Of a DNA stretch of 37,248 nucleotides, positions 12,250 to 24,983 are shown piece after piece (within the stretch, counting starts at the first letter, position 1; each line of letters begins with the position of its first letter). The DNA comes from Nemertoderma westbladi (Eukaryota > Animalia > Xenacoelomorpha): contig JAUCBJ010004012.1 in NCBI GenBank assembly GCA_032718475.1, positions 1-37,248 on the forward strand. Direction: 5' to 3'. Position numbers and translations under genes: made by a program. Under the pieces are notes generated by a model. The model was not told where the DNA came from, did no database searches, and was given only the letters and a program-made list of their open reading frames with translations.

Positions 12250-14699
12250 GTTGGTGCTGGGTGAAGTCTCATCTCACTGCTTACTGTATACAGATAAAGT
12301 CAATCAACAAACCAGTTAAATAAACTATTCGGCTTCTAGACAGCCGATAACTTATAACCCTTCGGATGAATTCAGTAATTTTAACCCACCAACCTCCCCA
12401 TTCTTCCTCCACAAAAATATAATGTTTAGCGGAAAAATATAAAAAGATATTTTTTTATATGTTTTAAAAGATATTGATGATAAGTTCGCATTATATAATT
12501 ATTTGCTTTTTGATTTCTATGCATGCTATTCATGTGCAGTGCATGATATACATACAATTACTATGCATTACTGTAGTAGTTACCTTATTATTGAGTGTAT
12601 ATAGTAGGGTCCATATTCCCTCACCCCTTTCAAATATATGCCTTCCTTACAAGGCACTTTCACCCGTTAAACAGTTGTTTTATATTTGCAAAGGATAGAA
12701 GGATAGCACGGCTGTATCATAAATGGTGTTTAAAGTTTAAGGAACAATTTAAACCTTCCCGCTATTTTAGATAATACCATTTTTCTATGTTCACCAATAA
12801 CTTTGTCAAAAATTAATGAAATTCAACGAGATTTTTCATGCTTGCTATACAGATAACTAGTAAAACAACGTTTTAGTAATTTTATTCAAATCTGTACCGT
12901 GAGAGCCATTTTTATGAAAACTGCCCCGTACGATTGTGAAATATAGTGCTGCTCGAAGGCATGTCAAAAATCAGACTTGCTCTTACGTTTTGGGTAATAA
13001 CTTGAGTTTGAGAAAAGATATGCGAAAACTGCTTGCAGATTTGAAATCTCCATTAAATTCGGCACATGATAGAATAAAAACAGGTTTTTGTCAATTTCCA
13101 GAATAGGGGAGTGCTATCCCCCCCCCCCCCCCCCCCCCCCCCCACCCCTTAAATAATAATAATATTGTAATAATATTTCAGCCTCACTCTTTGCAACTGC
13201 GACGATGGTTTGAGAAGCTGTTTGGGACAGATCTACGGGCCCGTAGTCAACGCAGTTGCTATGCAACAGCTCTGACGTCAAACACGCTCCCCGAAGGTTT
13301 TCATGGATACGCCCGCGGATTAGGGTTGTCGCCATGGATACAGACATAATACTCGTTCATTGTTTTGTTTTCAATAATCCATCGCATGAAATATTTCCCA
13401 TAAATTGGCGTCGTGCATAAACTTGTCGAGTTCTAGTGGCGGTAGGTAGTTTTCGGTTTAATTAGTTTCAAGAAATATATAATTAATGTAACATTAATGT
13501 AATATAATGAAATAAAATATATATATATATAAAAAATATAGTTAAAATAAATATAATGTAACATTAGTAACATTTATCAATAGAGTAGGCCTATAATCAA
13601 TTATGCAATTAATTTATTAACAATGCAACATATTCGCAACGTTTATATTAAAACAAATTATTGTTTAAAATATAATAAATTTTATAAATTGAGACACTGT
13701 TAGAGGAGTGGGTCAATTTTTGCAGAGTTGTTGTCGGGGTTGTTCGGGTGTGGAGCTGTCGGTTTGACAATTTGTAGTCATCTAATACGTCCAATAGATG
13801 AGATTTTTGTGAGACTCTCATTCGCCATCAGTTAAATAGTATACCGCTAGAGGGCTACATTTTTAAGCAATAAATGTCCTCCAATTTCTTTGCATTTAAT
13901 CCGTTTAAGCTGAAATCTTTCAGATATTTACTAAAACACAACATGTCTCTTTGTGGGGTCGGTAATCAGTCTGTAGTTCTCCAACCTTCCTTCCTTGGAC
14001 TTAACCTTCCCCATTTCCTTGATATTAATAACGAACCTGTCTTTAGACTGGGTAGTTCTTGTCAAGAGTTGAGCCGTTCAAAAACACGATGTGTGTGTGT
14101 ATGTGTGTATAAACATCCAATATCTCAAATACTCAAGCAGGTACGCAACAATTTTTAACGCGACTATTTATCAATTAGTATCTAGTTGTTGAATAAAAAA
14201 GTTGGGAACGATTCGATGTGCGATATTCGAAATATTAGCATATTATCAACATTATGAAACGCGAAATTAAATACCCACAGCTACACTTTTTCAGCTGAAC
14301 AACATTTCACTACTTATTGTTAATTTGAGTTACGTACTACATTATTATTATATTATTACAGTTCTATCTCTATTTAGTCAGTTAGTGTAATGTCAAACAG
14401 TACATCATTTATATATCGTATGTATCTATAGGGCCTAATTGTCATCGTTATAATACTGTCATCAACGTTTACAACAGCTGTCGATTAAACTAACAAAACC
14501 AGAAAACTCAACCAGGGTGGCTGCCAGCCGGGTACCAACGGCTGTTGGGTAGACTTAAGGGAACATTTCACAAACTTTCATTGGAGGCTTGTACTGTACA
14601 TGTACATTATATTGGTTGCTCCGATGTTTTTATTAGGCTAACTGAGGATGTATCAGGTATAAATACTGTATTTAGTGTTTTATTTTATTTATCTAATCT

Positions 14700-17600
14700 A
14701 GCTAAGAAGTAGATCTCGTCCGGGACAAACTGGCCATCAAAAGCCCAACTATTACCGGTATTATTTAAAAGTTCCTTTACTTGAGAGATACAAGTTTTAC
14801 CGTTAAGTGACTTAAGGCAAATCTACGCTTGCTTCACTAACCTAAAATCAGGCAGCTTAATAATTTATAACCAGAACTTTATAATTGACAATTTTCTTCT
14901 GATATCCAAGGGGAAAACACCAACTTGCCCGAAGCGTTTGAAGTTTGGAGTGTTAGAACAATTATTCAATATTCTATTCAAGAATTTACGGTGCAATTTC
15001 TCGAAATCTTGACACGCATGGAAGCCCCAGACCTGGCATCCATATTCTAGAATCGGCCTTATAAGAATGTTGTAAATAGATTTAATTGTTTTTATAGACA
15101 GAAACGGGAAATAGTTGAAGAATCCCAATAGTGAAAAATATGCTTTGCTAGCCTTATCAGCTAGCGCACTCTGGACTGCATAGAAGGAGCCTGAAGAAGA
15201 AAGGTTTACACCTAGGTAGATATAATTGCTTACAAACTCCAGAACGTTGCCCTTAAAATTTAATTTCTACCACCTTTCCGAAAGACCACAATTTGGGACT
15301 TCTTCAGGTTAACCTCGAGGCCCCAGAATTCACAGAGGTAGCAAGGGTCTCAAAATATGTTTGGAGTTCGTTGACCTTATCCGAGATCATTACAATGTCA
15401 TCTGCGAACAGTAGAAGAAAAATACGTATGAACCCAATTTTAATCTCATTTGCTGATGTTCTTGCTAATTCGCTCTCAAGTTCGTTAATGAATAACAAGA
15501 AAAGCAAGGGAGAGAGACTCTCACCTTGTAGGACACCCAGTAAGCAGTCAAATGTATGTGAAATGGAACCATCCCATCTAACTCTAGAACTAAATGTCTC
15601 ATAAATACGCTTTATTATATTTAAAATACAACCGCTGAAACCTAAACCTATTAATTTGCACCAAAGTGCCTTCCGATCAACTAAGTCGAAGGCTTTTTTA
15701 AGATCGACGAAACCGCAATAAAGCCTTCCACCCTTATTGTACAAAATACATAGTTATAAGCGAGTTAATAATAAATATATTAACACAAGTACTATATCCT
15801 TTCCTGAAACCACCCTGAGCCTGTACAATAACTCCAAACACATCAGCCCACCAGGTAAGCCTGGTATTTAAGATGGAAGTGAACAGCTTGCTGACAACAC
15901 TAAGAAGAGTAATCCCCCTATAATTATTGTTGTCAATCCTCTGATACTCTTGTAGACTGGTGATAATATTCCTGTAGACCAGGCAGATGGGAAATTTCCA
16001 GAAAAGAGAATTAACTTAAATATCCCTGTAATGATGGGGACAACTTGAGAGTGCCCAAAGATTAAAAATTCATTTAGAATTAGGACCATGCCGCTCGCCT
16101 TACCTGTTTTCAGACGCCCGATTGCTTCCAAAACCTCATCTTCAGTTAAAGGCTGACTAAGTTGTGTTTTAAAAATACTTTTAGCATCTTCAAGATCAAT
16201 GTTTGTTTCGGGAGTAACCCCCATGTCTTCGAATGACCCACCATTACCGGACAATACAGCAAAGTGTTGCAGGAAATTATCTTAACTAGGCCCTACCTTG
16301 TTAGCTTGCTTAACATTGGAAGATGACTTTAATAACTTCCAGTACTTCTTGTTGTCACTTACCTTGAGATTTTCCAACCTGGAACTCTGGCTTTTCTTAA
16401 GTTTGTACTTTTCACTCTAATGGCCCTGGCAAACGCTGCCCTTTTAGGTACAAGGTTTGCTCTTGATTCCGACGACCCACTGGATATCCAACGAAGTGTT
16501 GCTCTCCTGAAGGCATATTTGCACTCCAAGCATTCGATGTCATACCAAGGTTGAGTCTGAGACTGATGTGATGTCGTCACTAATTTGGGTGAAGGATCTA
16601 AATAAGGGATCCGCAGCAGCTAAAATTGTTTCATTGAACTTGTTAACAACCTTGTCCACACCATCATCCTCATCCATGGCGTCAATACTATCATTGATCA
16701 TATCTAAAATACAGTTCCAGTCATCAGTTAAATTAGGCGATTCTAGCCTTCTAACAAAGTCTTCGGAATAATTTATTCTGGTTCCATTTATACTAAATAC
16801 TTATCTTATCTTATACTTATATTAAAATACTTATACTAATCTAACCTACTTTGGATTGGAGCATTAGTCCTGGGTAAGGGATTTGGGAGTTCAACAAAAA
16901 AAACTGTGCTGAAATCACACAATGTGTTGAAAAAATGTTAGGACCCCCAATATCAAAACTCAGGCAACGCTTATGGACCGGCGTTCGTCCTAACATATAG
17001 TCAATTGTTGATTGGCCCATTTTATTAAAGGAAGTAAAATTACCAACAGATTTATCACTGCCAATTCGGCCATTAAATATTCTTATACCTGAAGCAATAC
17101 ATAAGGCTAAAAGTCTATGACCATATGTATTGACTACTATGTCCTTATTTACTCTACTAGACTGTACACAACTTGTTGCAAGGTCTAAGTCGTCACATAC
17201 ATAGTTATCCGGTAAATATTCCAGTAGATTGGACAGGCCAAGCGAATCATTATCAATATAATCATTTATAATGCCTGTTCCTGTGTTTAGTTCACCACAA
17301 TTAACAAATTTTCAGAATCACTTATAGCACTAATAATAGTATACTCGATAAAATCGAAGGTTGATATGGGATCACTTTCTTGTGCAGTCGATTTTGAAGG
17401 CGGGAATATAATATACTGCACATATTGGGAGACTTTGACCAGCTCTAAGCCAGAGTATGTCTTCATGAGGGAAAATATCCTCCAATGTGATTTAGGCGCT
17501 TAATTCCTGCTTATAATATATAATAATTATTCCACCACTAAAACGTTTTTATGCTTTGTCGCACTTTTATGCTTTGATTTACGACAATTTACAAAAAATG

Positions 17601-17760
17601 TATAACCAGGAATATCAACACTGTGAACAAAGTTAGGGTTCAACCAGGTTTCAGCGCAGATAAATAGGTCATATTTACTAACGAGCTTCAGGAAGTTAGG
17701 ATCACATAATTTCGAAATTAGTCCATCGACATTTAAAAAACCCACGTTTAAGTATGCTGG
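14700..17760 (-). mobile_element. Decayed LINE ORF2 (APE endonuclease plus RT), RTEX/L2-related
   Basis: Fragments in order: FLNVDGL...ICAETWL (APE), PWYDIEC, LKTGKASG, FVDLKKAFDLVDR, GVLQGESLSPLLF, LLFADD, RPILEYGCQVWG. Multiple frameshifts. Confidence 0.85.
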
Positions 17761-18850
17761 TGTAAAAGAAGAGAGGCCATTATTGGAATATTACATAAGC
17801 TCGTGTCATTATATTTTCCTGGCAGTGTTCAAACCTCTACGGCAAACGCTCGAGTCTTACACCCCATAAACAAACAGCATAAACTACAAAAGAATGTATA
17901 GAATCAGGCAGGACATTAGGCCCTAGTATTATTTTCTAGCGTAGAATGCTAGCAGCTATAGGTTTTTCAACTATTTTACTTTTGTGGGTGACATTTATTT
18001 GTACAAGGGCCAGTTTCCAGTTTTGTACCTAGGTATGTTTCAATATAGTTCATGCGTTTAGAATGGTTAAAGGTGTAAGCGACGTGGTTGGTAGGTCCTT
18101 CACATAATTTTGTTTATGGAAGACACTGTTATTTTTCTGACTTCTCGCGAAAATTTGATAAAGACATTTGATTATGATACATTTTCGCGCCCAGTCTGGT
18201 ATGATTGTAAATCAAAAGAAAACTGAATTTCTTGCTGTGAATGGAACTACAGAGGATAAAAGAAAGGTCAAAATTGACGAAGTTACTGTAAATAATTGAG
18301 ATAGATATGTGAACTTGGGGTAAGTTATGTGACTACACCGATGATATGCGGTTTCAAGATTACGTTTAATCGGGTATTATAATCAATCATAATATGATCG
18401 ATGTTATCCCCCCCCCTAACACACTGACAACGTATTGCAATGTGTTACTATACTGTAGCGGGCACAAATGATAACTTCATATATAAATTACATAAATTAT
18501 ATTTTATTATTAATTAATTATTGATACTAAATTAAATAAGTTATACATTAGGTATAAATTAATATTCTAAAAGACCACTAGGTAGGTCGACCTTCCTTTA
18601 TCAGTTCCATTTGTTTGTTCCTACAATATTGTTGGATAGGGACTCCTAAATGGAAAAATATTTATAGTTCCGGTAGTAAAACTATAGAATTTTTATAGTA
18701 ACAACTATTACAAAATAAAATGTTGTTTCTTAATAAAACGAATCCTAATATAATTTATTTAGTCTATTCTTCCTTGAGGGAAAGAAGAAGTTCAGGTAAT
18801 TAAATCAGATCGAGAGACTAAAGACTTTCCTTCCCTCGATAAACAACAGT

Positions 18851-20778
18851 TTACTGATTCTTCACGCTGTGCTGGTTGCGTTTATGGGTCGATAGATTCG
18901 ATGTTTGGGAGAAAGATTTACCGCAAGTATCACAGATGTAGGGTTTATCTCCTGTGTGGATACGTTGGTGGGTTGTTAGACCGGCAATCTGGGTGAATGA
19001 TTTACTACAGACGTTACAACTGTAGGGTTTATCTCCAGTGTGAGTACGATTGTGTTCTATTAGATGGTCGTTCCGTGAGAAAGCTTTGTTGCACATAATA
19101 CATTGGAACGGTTTCTCGCCAGAGTGAGTGCGTCGGTGGGTTGTTAGACTGGACTGTGTGCTAAAAGCTTTACTACATGTAGAACAGCTGAACGGTTTCT
19201 CCCCGGAATGAGTGCGTCGGTGGCGTGTTAGACTGGACTGTGTGCTGAAAGCTTTACTACATGTAGAACAGCTGAACGGTTTCTCCCCGGAATGAGTGCG
19301 TCGGTGGCGTGTTAGACTGGACTGTGTGCTGAAAGCTTTACTACATGTAGAGCAGCTGAACGGTTTCTCACCAGAGTGAACCCTTTCGTGCTCCATTAGT
19401 TGGGATTTACATCCAAACACTTTCCCACAGGAACTACATCCCAAACTATCAACAGGTTTATCTAAACTGGAACGTTCCTTAGGACCAGTAGGAACGTTGG
19501 AACCCGAACCTGTTGGAATAGAACCGGGTTCCTTGTGTTTCCGTTTTAAATGGGAAACGAGAAAAGATTCTACCGTGTAGACAACGTCGCAATGTTCGCA
19601 CGGGAATTTAGGTAAACTCTTATCGTGAACTAAATCTAATCTCCTTCTCTCAGCACATCCACCTCGACTACTTTGGTGTCTAAGAGTTGCCTCCTGATTA
19701 TCGGACCGGTAACTTCCACACCCGGTACACAGAATCATCCCGTCTTCCAAAACTCTCATCCCCAATTTCTTATTCTTCGGTTGTTTGGTAATTAATCCCA
19801 ATTCCTCCGCGTATTCCGTTCCGTACCAAACAAGGAGTTCCGTACCGGCAGCAACTGGTTTACAGACCCGATAATACATATCCTCTCTGAACTGGAAAGC
19901 ACAAACTGTTTGTTCCTCCTCCCATTTGGCGCAGTTTACGAAGCGCATCCAATTAGACTTGTACTCCCATCTCCCGCTGACAGTAAAGAATTTACCCACA
20001 CCGTCCAACATCAACCAGCTGTAACCGTCAGACTTGCCGGGTTTAGGTTTACCAGGTTTCCTCTCTCCGCCATAAGGACCAAATAATGTTCCCGGATTCA
20101 ATTCGACCTTTGTAAACACTCCTTTATTATGAATCGGAGATTTCTTTATCTCCAAACACGAGGGAATTGTTCTGCTGCCCCGGTTCCTTCCTCCGCGAGT
20201 GGTTTCGGTATTCGGTACGAAGTTAAACTCCCCGTGTACCGGACACTGTAATTCATTATATTCCTCGCCGCAATTGTCGCAGAAAATAAAGTTGTTGAAT
20301 GATTTTATTGGGCAGTTGCGGTTGGCGTAATCGACCTCCTTTCTGGGACGTAAACCACATCGGGGTGCGAAAGGAGCCGTCGATTTAGGAGAGACGATGA
20401 CATTTAAATCCGACTCAACTGTAGAAGAACCCGAAATCTCTTCAACTATTTCTTCTCCCTCGGCTACTGAGGCCGGACTTCCCCCACTAGAAGTCCATCC
20501 CGCTCCCGAACCAAAGCGTCCCAAACTGTTAGCGAGTTTATCGTTAACCGATTCCTCGGCACTCGGTACAGATGGACCAACAGTATCCGAGTGTCTACCG
20601 GAACTGACGTCATCCAACAGATCGATCGCTGTATCAGATTGATTCACATCGGGAATACCCAGCTGTCCTTTTATTTCCTCGATGGAATCAGTTGTAACGA
20701 TAAACGATGGCGAATTAAGACCTCCCGTTTCCCTGATAATATCGGTCGGAGATAAAGTTACTGAGTTCCCTTCTGTGG
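18851..20778 (-). CDS. PRDM9: PRDM9-like gene, central copy, exon 2: SSXRD-like motif, zinc knuckle, PR/SET methyltransferase, post-SET finger and 7 tandem C2H2 fingers
   Basis: ORF 18851..20647 stays open upstream to 20794 when translated by hand. Motifs: GLRPRKEVDY (SSXRD-like), FCDNCGEEYNELQCPVHG (knuckle), FGPYGG...SNWMRFVNCA...EEQ...MYYRVC...ELLVWYGTEYAEELG (PR/SET), CEHC...HLKRKH, then 7 fingers with (S/T)G(E/D)KP linkers. Candidate acceptors TTTCAG|20778 and CCACAG|20772 are both phase 1. Confidence 0.88.
18869..19440 (-). repeat. 84-bp coding minisatellite (7-finger array)
   Basis: Three near-identical 84-bp CSTC-type units at about 19110-19365, plus four distinct finger types. Confidence 0.9.
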
Positions 20779-22486
20779 CTGAAAGCGGCCATGTTTAATT
20801 AATTACTAATTTATAGAAGTTTTAATTGGTTATTAATATTGTCACATATTCAAATATTATTCATAGATATATTGATTGATTGAATGAATATTAGCATATC
20901 TCGAGATGCACATTATTTTTGGGAACTTATTTATGATGCAAAATATACCAAATCTCTAGAAGTTTCAAACTTGGTATTATCATGCCGAGTTAATAAAAGT
21001 TGGTGTAATCGCCCACTCTGAGCAAGCAGGTAGTTTCATTTAGGCTATTAACCCTAGATGGCCCGGGCTAATTTACTACCCGGTACGTAGGCTACTGTAA
21101 TTGGCCCGGGGGGGGGGGGGGGGGGTCATTTTAGACAATTGTTAAATCTTTGTCTCAAAAATTCAAATTTTCAAGGTATAAGAGTTTTCAAGATCGTTGA
21201 TCACGATAATGCTAAAAATATTTTCTGGCGATTCAACCATCATTGTTAGTGAGCTATTTTGGTCCCCCAGGATGAAAGGTACAAGTAAAAAAATGTCAAA
21301 CTAAAAAATGTTGTGTTTGGTTTGATAATTCTGAACGTATACGGGTTTTCGAGGTCGTTAATCACGAAAAAACTAGTTATAAATATTGCTGGTAAATGAA
21401 AACCAAATTTTGAAAATTAAAGAGAAGTACAAGTAGTAAAAAATAGCAAAATGCCTTTGGTTTGGCAATTCTGAAGCTATACAGGTGTTCAAGGTCGCTG
21501 ATCACGATAGAACTCGTTAAAAATCATTCGAGGTAACGCAACAATCGTTTTGTTGAATTTCTCCAAATTAAATTCATATCGAGAAAAGTCATTTTGAAAT
21601 TACCAATTGAGGGAAAGGAACAGTTTATATAGGTTGTACTTTCTAACAAAAATAATAAACAAATATCATTAAAAATTAATAAAAATGAGTCTAGGTTACA
21701 GTGTCAGCATACTACAATATATAAATTATGGATGTGCCGGATATCCGGCCGGATTTTGAGAAAAAATCCGCTTCCGGCTCCGGCTCCGACCGGATTTCAA
21801 TTTTTTCGCCGGATTTCAATTTCAACGAATTGTTGCCAAAATTTACAATTAATGTAAATTTTCAAAAAAAAACATCAAACTAAGTTTTACTTTAAATTAA
21901 AACAAATTTAAACATAAACAAATACAATGTAATACAATTAATTATTTTAATTTTAATTATTATTATCGTTTTTGGTTGAAAGTGAATTAAATTTGGGTAG
22001 AAATAATTATATTTTGGGTGCCGGTTTGAGTAATTTAATTATTTTTGGGATCGCCGAGATATTTAAATTGGGGGATGTTAATTGTTGGGGCTATTAAAGA
22101 ACATTAATCAAACATAACGGGAAATAATAGCAGCAAACTATATGGCAGAAATTGTGGAAGGGGGAGTTTACCAATTAATTATGCTAAATTAATTAATAAA
22201 TGCTGAAGGTAATTAATTACCGATCCGGAAATATAATAGATAAATAACTGTTTGAACTATTACCGGTATGTATTGCTTTTTTACACAATATATAGCGGGA
22301 AGAAATGTTTAAGAAGATTCCGTCCTACTGTGATTGGCCATGACTGAAGCTTTTCCCCAATAATTTTCCCTCAATAAAAACTAGCGCGATTCTGTAATGA
22401 GTAAAATTTATGTTGAGATAAATAATATATCTCGGTGAAATATATAAAAACAAAATTATTTAATTACTATGGCCGTTTTCAACCAC
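20779..22486 (-). other. Predicted ~1.7 kb GT-AG intron whose termini are inverted repeats of each other
   Basis: On the minus strand it begins GTGGTTGAAAACGGCCAT and the 3' junction reads ATGGCCGCTTTCAG|CCACAG. Splicing gives a continuous 2490-nt CDS. The donor is a weak match to GTRAGT and the exact sites are uncertain by 3-6 nt. Confidence 0.65.
21175..21520. repeat. Degenerate ~150-bp tandem repeat (3 units) within the intron
   Basis: TTC(A/G)AG(G/A)TCG(C/T)T(G/A)ATCACGA recurs near 21190, 21350 and 21490. Confidence 0.55.
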
Positions 22487-23048
22487 CGTGATTCTCTCCA
22501 GTGATAGACTCTGTTTCATTCACGTCGTTCATGTGAAAATCGAAACTTCCTTCTGCGCTCAGATAACTGCCACTTCCCTCGCTACGATCGATGTTGTCGC
22601 TGTACCATTCATACGGACCTGGCGGAGAATCCGTCGCTTTCCTTCTGTAATAAGGAAGTACCAGATCCGAGTTGGTACAGGCCACGGATTCCTTGTCTGA
22701 ATCATCCTCACAAACATCGACAATAATATCCTCAAATATGGAGTGATCCATAGAGATTGATCCATCTTCTTCTTCGTCTTCAACTATAACATCCATCGGT
22801 TCGTCGTCGATACCAACTATCTTATCTTCAGGAATAACTTCCCTCCCAGACACTCTATTAGTCTTTTCCTTCATAAAATCTGGGGGTTCTATTGGCTTGT
22901 CTCTGAGTTCGTTAAAACCTAAAGACGTCAGCATCTCGAATTGTTCCTTCAAGGCCAACGATCGACGCCTATCAAAGATGCTCATTAACTCCCATTCGTT
23001 GTCGGTGAAATAGTGACGGATGGAATCGAACTCGGAATCCATTGACAT
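22487..23048 (-). CDS. PRDM9: PRDM9-like gene, central copy, exon 1: ancestral KRAB domain plus acidic linker
   Basis: FDSIRHYFTDNEWELMSIFDRRRSLALKEQFEMLTSLGF...PPDFM matches the PRDM9/SSX KRAB pattern F..I..YF...EW..M....K.R.......Y......G....P.FM. Candidate donors CACG|GT (22486) and GGTG|GT (22483) are both phase 1, matching the exon 2 acceptors. Confidence 0.82.
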
Positions 23049-23291
23049 CTCGAAGAGTTAATATATGATATAAAGTGATTTAAAAATACAATATACTATT
23101 ACAATACAGTTGGAATTTTTGATATTCCAAAAGTAGAACATAAACTGCAAAACGAATATAATATATATACAGTAGGTATTGTAGTAGCTTGCTAAATTAA
23201 GCTATTGTATACGGTGGCTGAAAGCGGCTGTAGGATAGGTGTCATACGGGTCTGGTCTGGGCGGTGTCTGTCGGTCTGTAAGTAGGTCGAC

Positions 23292-24983
23292 TACTACTAC
23301 TAGGATCGGCATGGTGCATTGCAGCTGCATTTCAAGAATGCCGTGCCGGCTTGTCAACAAAATTGCACCGCCACACCTCCCTATCACCCATGATATTTGC
23401 TAGATCATCCGCATCTTCAAGGCCAGTGTCCTTTAAGATGCGTCTGTCCCAAGAAAGTCATGGGCTGTCCACCATGCTTATTCACTCCATGAGGCTGCCA
23501 AAGTACAAGATAAGCACTGGCTGGATCTCACGGCGAAAGCAATGTCCTGCAAAGCGGAGGCGATTTTGTTCTAGTGTCAAGCTTGGGGGAACCAATGAGA
23601 TACCTCCAATGTTACTTGTGACCACTGGGTCCACTATGAGTCCATAGCTTTCCAGTTCGCTTCTTGAACTGGGTTCCAGCCGAAAACAATCCATTTCCAG
23701 AGATAAAATCCTGAAGATGGACAGAATTTCGGTTAACACTATTGCTATAGACCCAGGGCGATGTAGGTGATTGGTGTAGACTTGCATTAAAGTCTCCACG
23801 GAATGTTAAGAATGCATGCTGATCCACTCCATCAGTAGCTGCTTGTAGATTGTGGTAGAAATTTTCCACCTCCTCTACAGGGGCAACACTAGTTGGAGAG
23901 TAGCACACAATCAGAACCACCTTAGGAAACTTCTTAGCCAGTCTTCCAGAACATGAGAAGTGGCAACGGATGATGCGGTTAGAGATTTGCTCTATTTTGT
24001 CCAATGCTGCATGTGCAGTTGGATTCATCAATAGACCAATTCCACCATTGCCACTATCATCTGCTGACGCGAGGGCGAGTCGCCAACCGCCCCCCATGTC
24101 CTTAATCAGAACCTCATCAGTCTGTCCAGTCTGCATTCGGTGCTCTTGAACACCCACTGCGATAAGAGAAAGCTTATCTGCCAAGGCAGTCAGCTCACCT
24201 TGTCGCATTGGGGACCCGAGTGTTAGGGTGTTTACTGAGGCTAGTCTAGTGACTTGCCTCTGATTCACCAATGGCTTTGTTGGTCGGGGTGGAACATGAG
24301 AGTAGCCTCCAACTCCAGAATCCCTCTCCCATCACAATCTGGCCTCCCTGGTGACCCAGGGTGTGGGCCAGAAAGGTCATCAGGAAAGGGGCTCCAAGAA
24401 TTGTTGGCTGCTCTCTCTCCAGTAGGGGGTGAGACAGGCAGCCGGTCAGGAGTTAACTGACGCCTGTGAGGCCGATTGTGTCCGGTAATTCCACTGGCCT
24501 CTAGTGGCCTGACCTCCGCATTACTAATGTAATCCATAGTGGGGGTTGGGGGGTGCTTTTTTGCCGAGTCAGCTCTCGGGGCAAATACCACACCCTGGTT
24601 TGCCATTCCACAGGGTGGGTGTCGCAATGAAGTCAGATATGAGGCCCATCACCCTTATCTACTCTGGCGCACATGACCCACCATTTGCTGTTGCAGCTCA
24701 TCTGCTGGGTCATGCCCTGTACCCTTGCTGCCAGGTGCAGGTCGCAGTGAAGTGCTCTCAGAGTGGACCTGAGAACACTCTACTCCTGACAAGCCATTGG
24801 TAGATCACCATCTGCCTGGTCAGGCCATATACCCCTGCAGCCAAGTATATGGGTCCTTAATCCAGGACCAAGGGCGTCCTTATCCCAGAACGATGGGGGT
24901 CCTAGTTACAGGACCAGATTTGCCCTAGTAAGAGGGTCTATGCAGCTACAGGTGGCACCTCCTTTATGCTGCATGGAGGTGGC
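23292..24983 (-). mobile_element. Internally deleted RTE LINE (5' leader, APE domain, 3' end; no RT)
   Basis: 12-bp TSD AAGTAGGTCGAC (23280-23291 and 24984-24995) with the empty site at 3049-3060. APE motifs VQEHR, GGIGLL, VCYSPT and GDFNA join near 23612 to RLRFAGH and an (AGT)n tail. Confidence 0.88.

Noticed and set aside
12701-13119. Possible Kolobok-like MITE bounded by GGATAGCAC and GTGCTATCC
   Set aside because: Only a 9-bp inverted match and no clear TSD.
14060-14560. Possible second Helentron-like element
   Set aside because: It has a (GT)n tract and a terminal hairpin, but the inverted repeats are too weak to set boundaries.
20790-20792. ATG within the acceptor motif as start of a stand-alone SET-ZF gene
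   Set aside because: It is out of frame with the SET ORF and stops after 25 codons. The ORF-track starts (GTG, TTG) are not typical eukaryotic starts.
22484-22490. RAG recombination-signal heptamer CACGGTG at the end of the KRAB exon
   Set aside because: The other motif copies lack the heptamer and I see no correctly spaced nonamer.
24672-24714. Hammerhead ribozyme in the RTE leader
   Set aside because: The minus strand has CAGATGA and AAA rather than the CUGAnGA and GAAA core. A simple hairpin explains it better.
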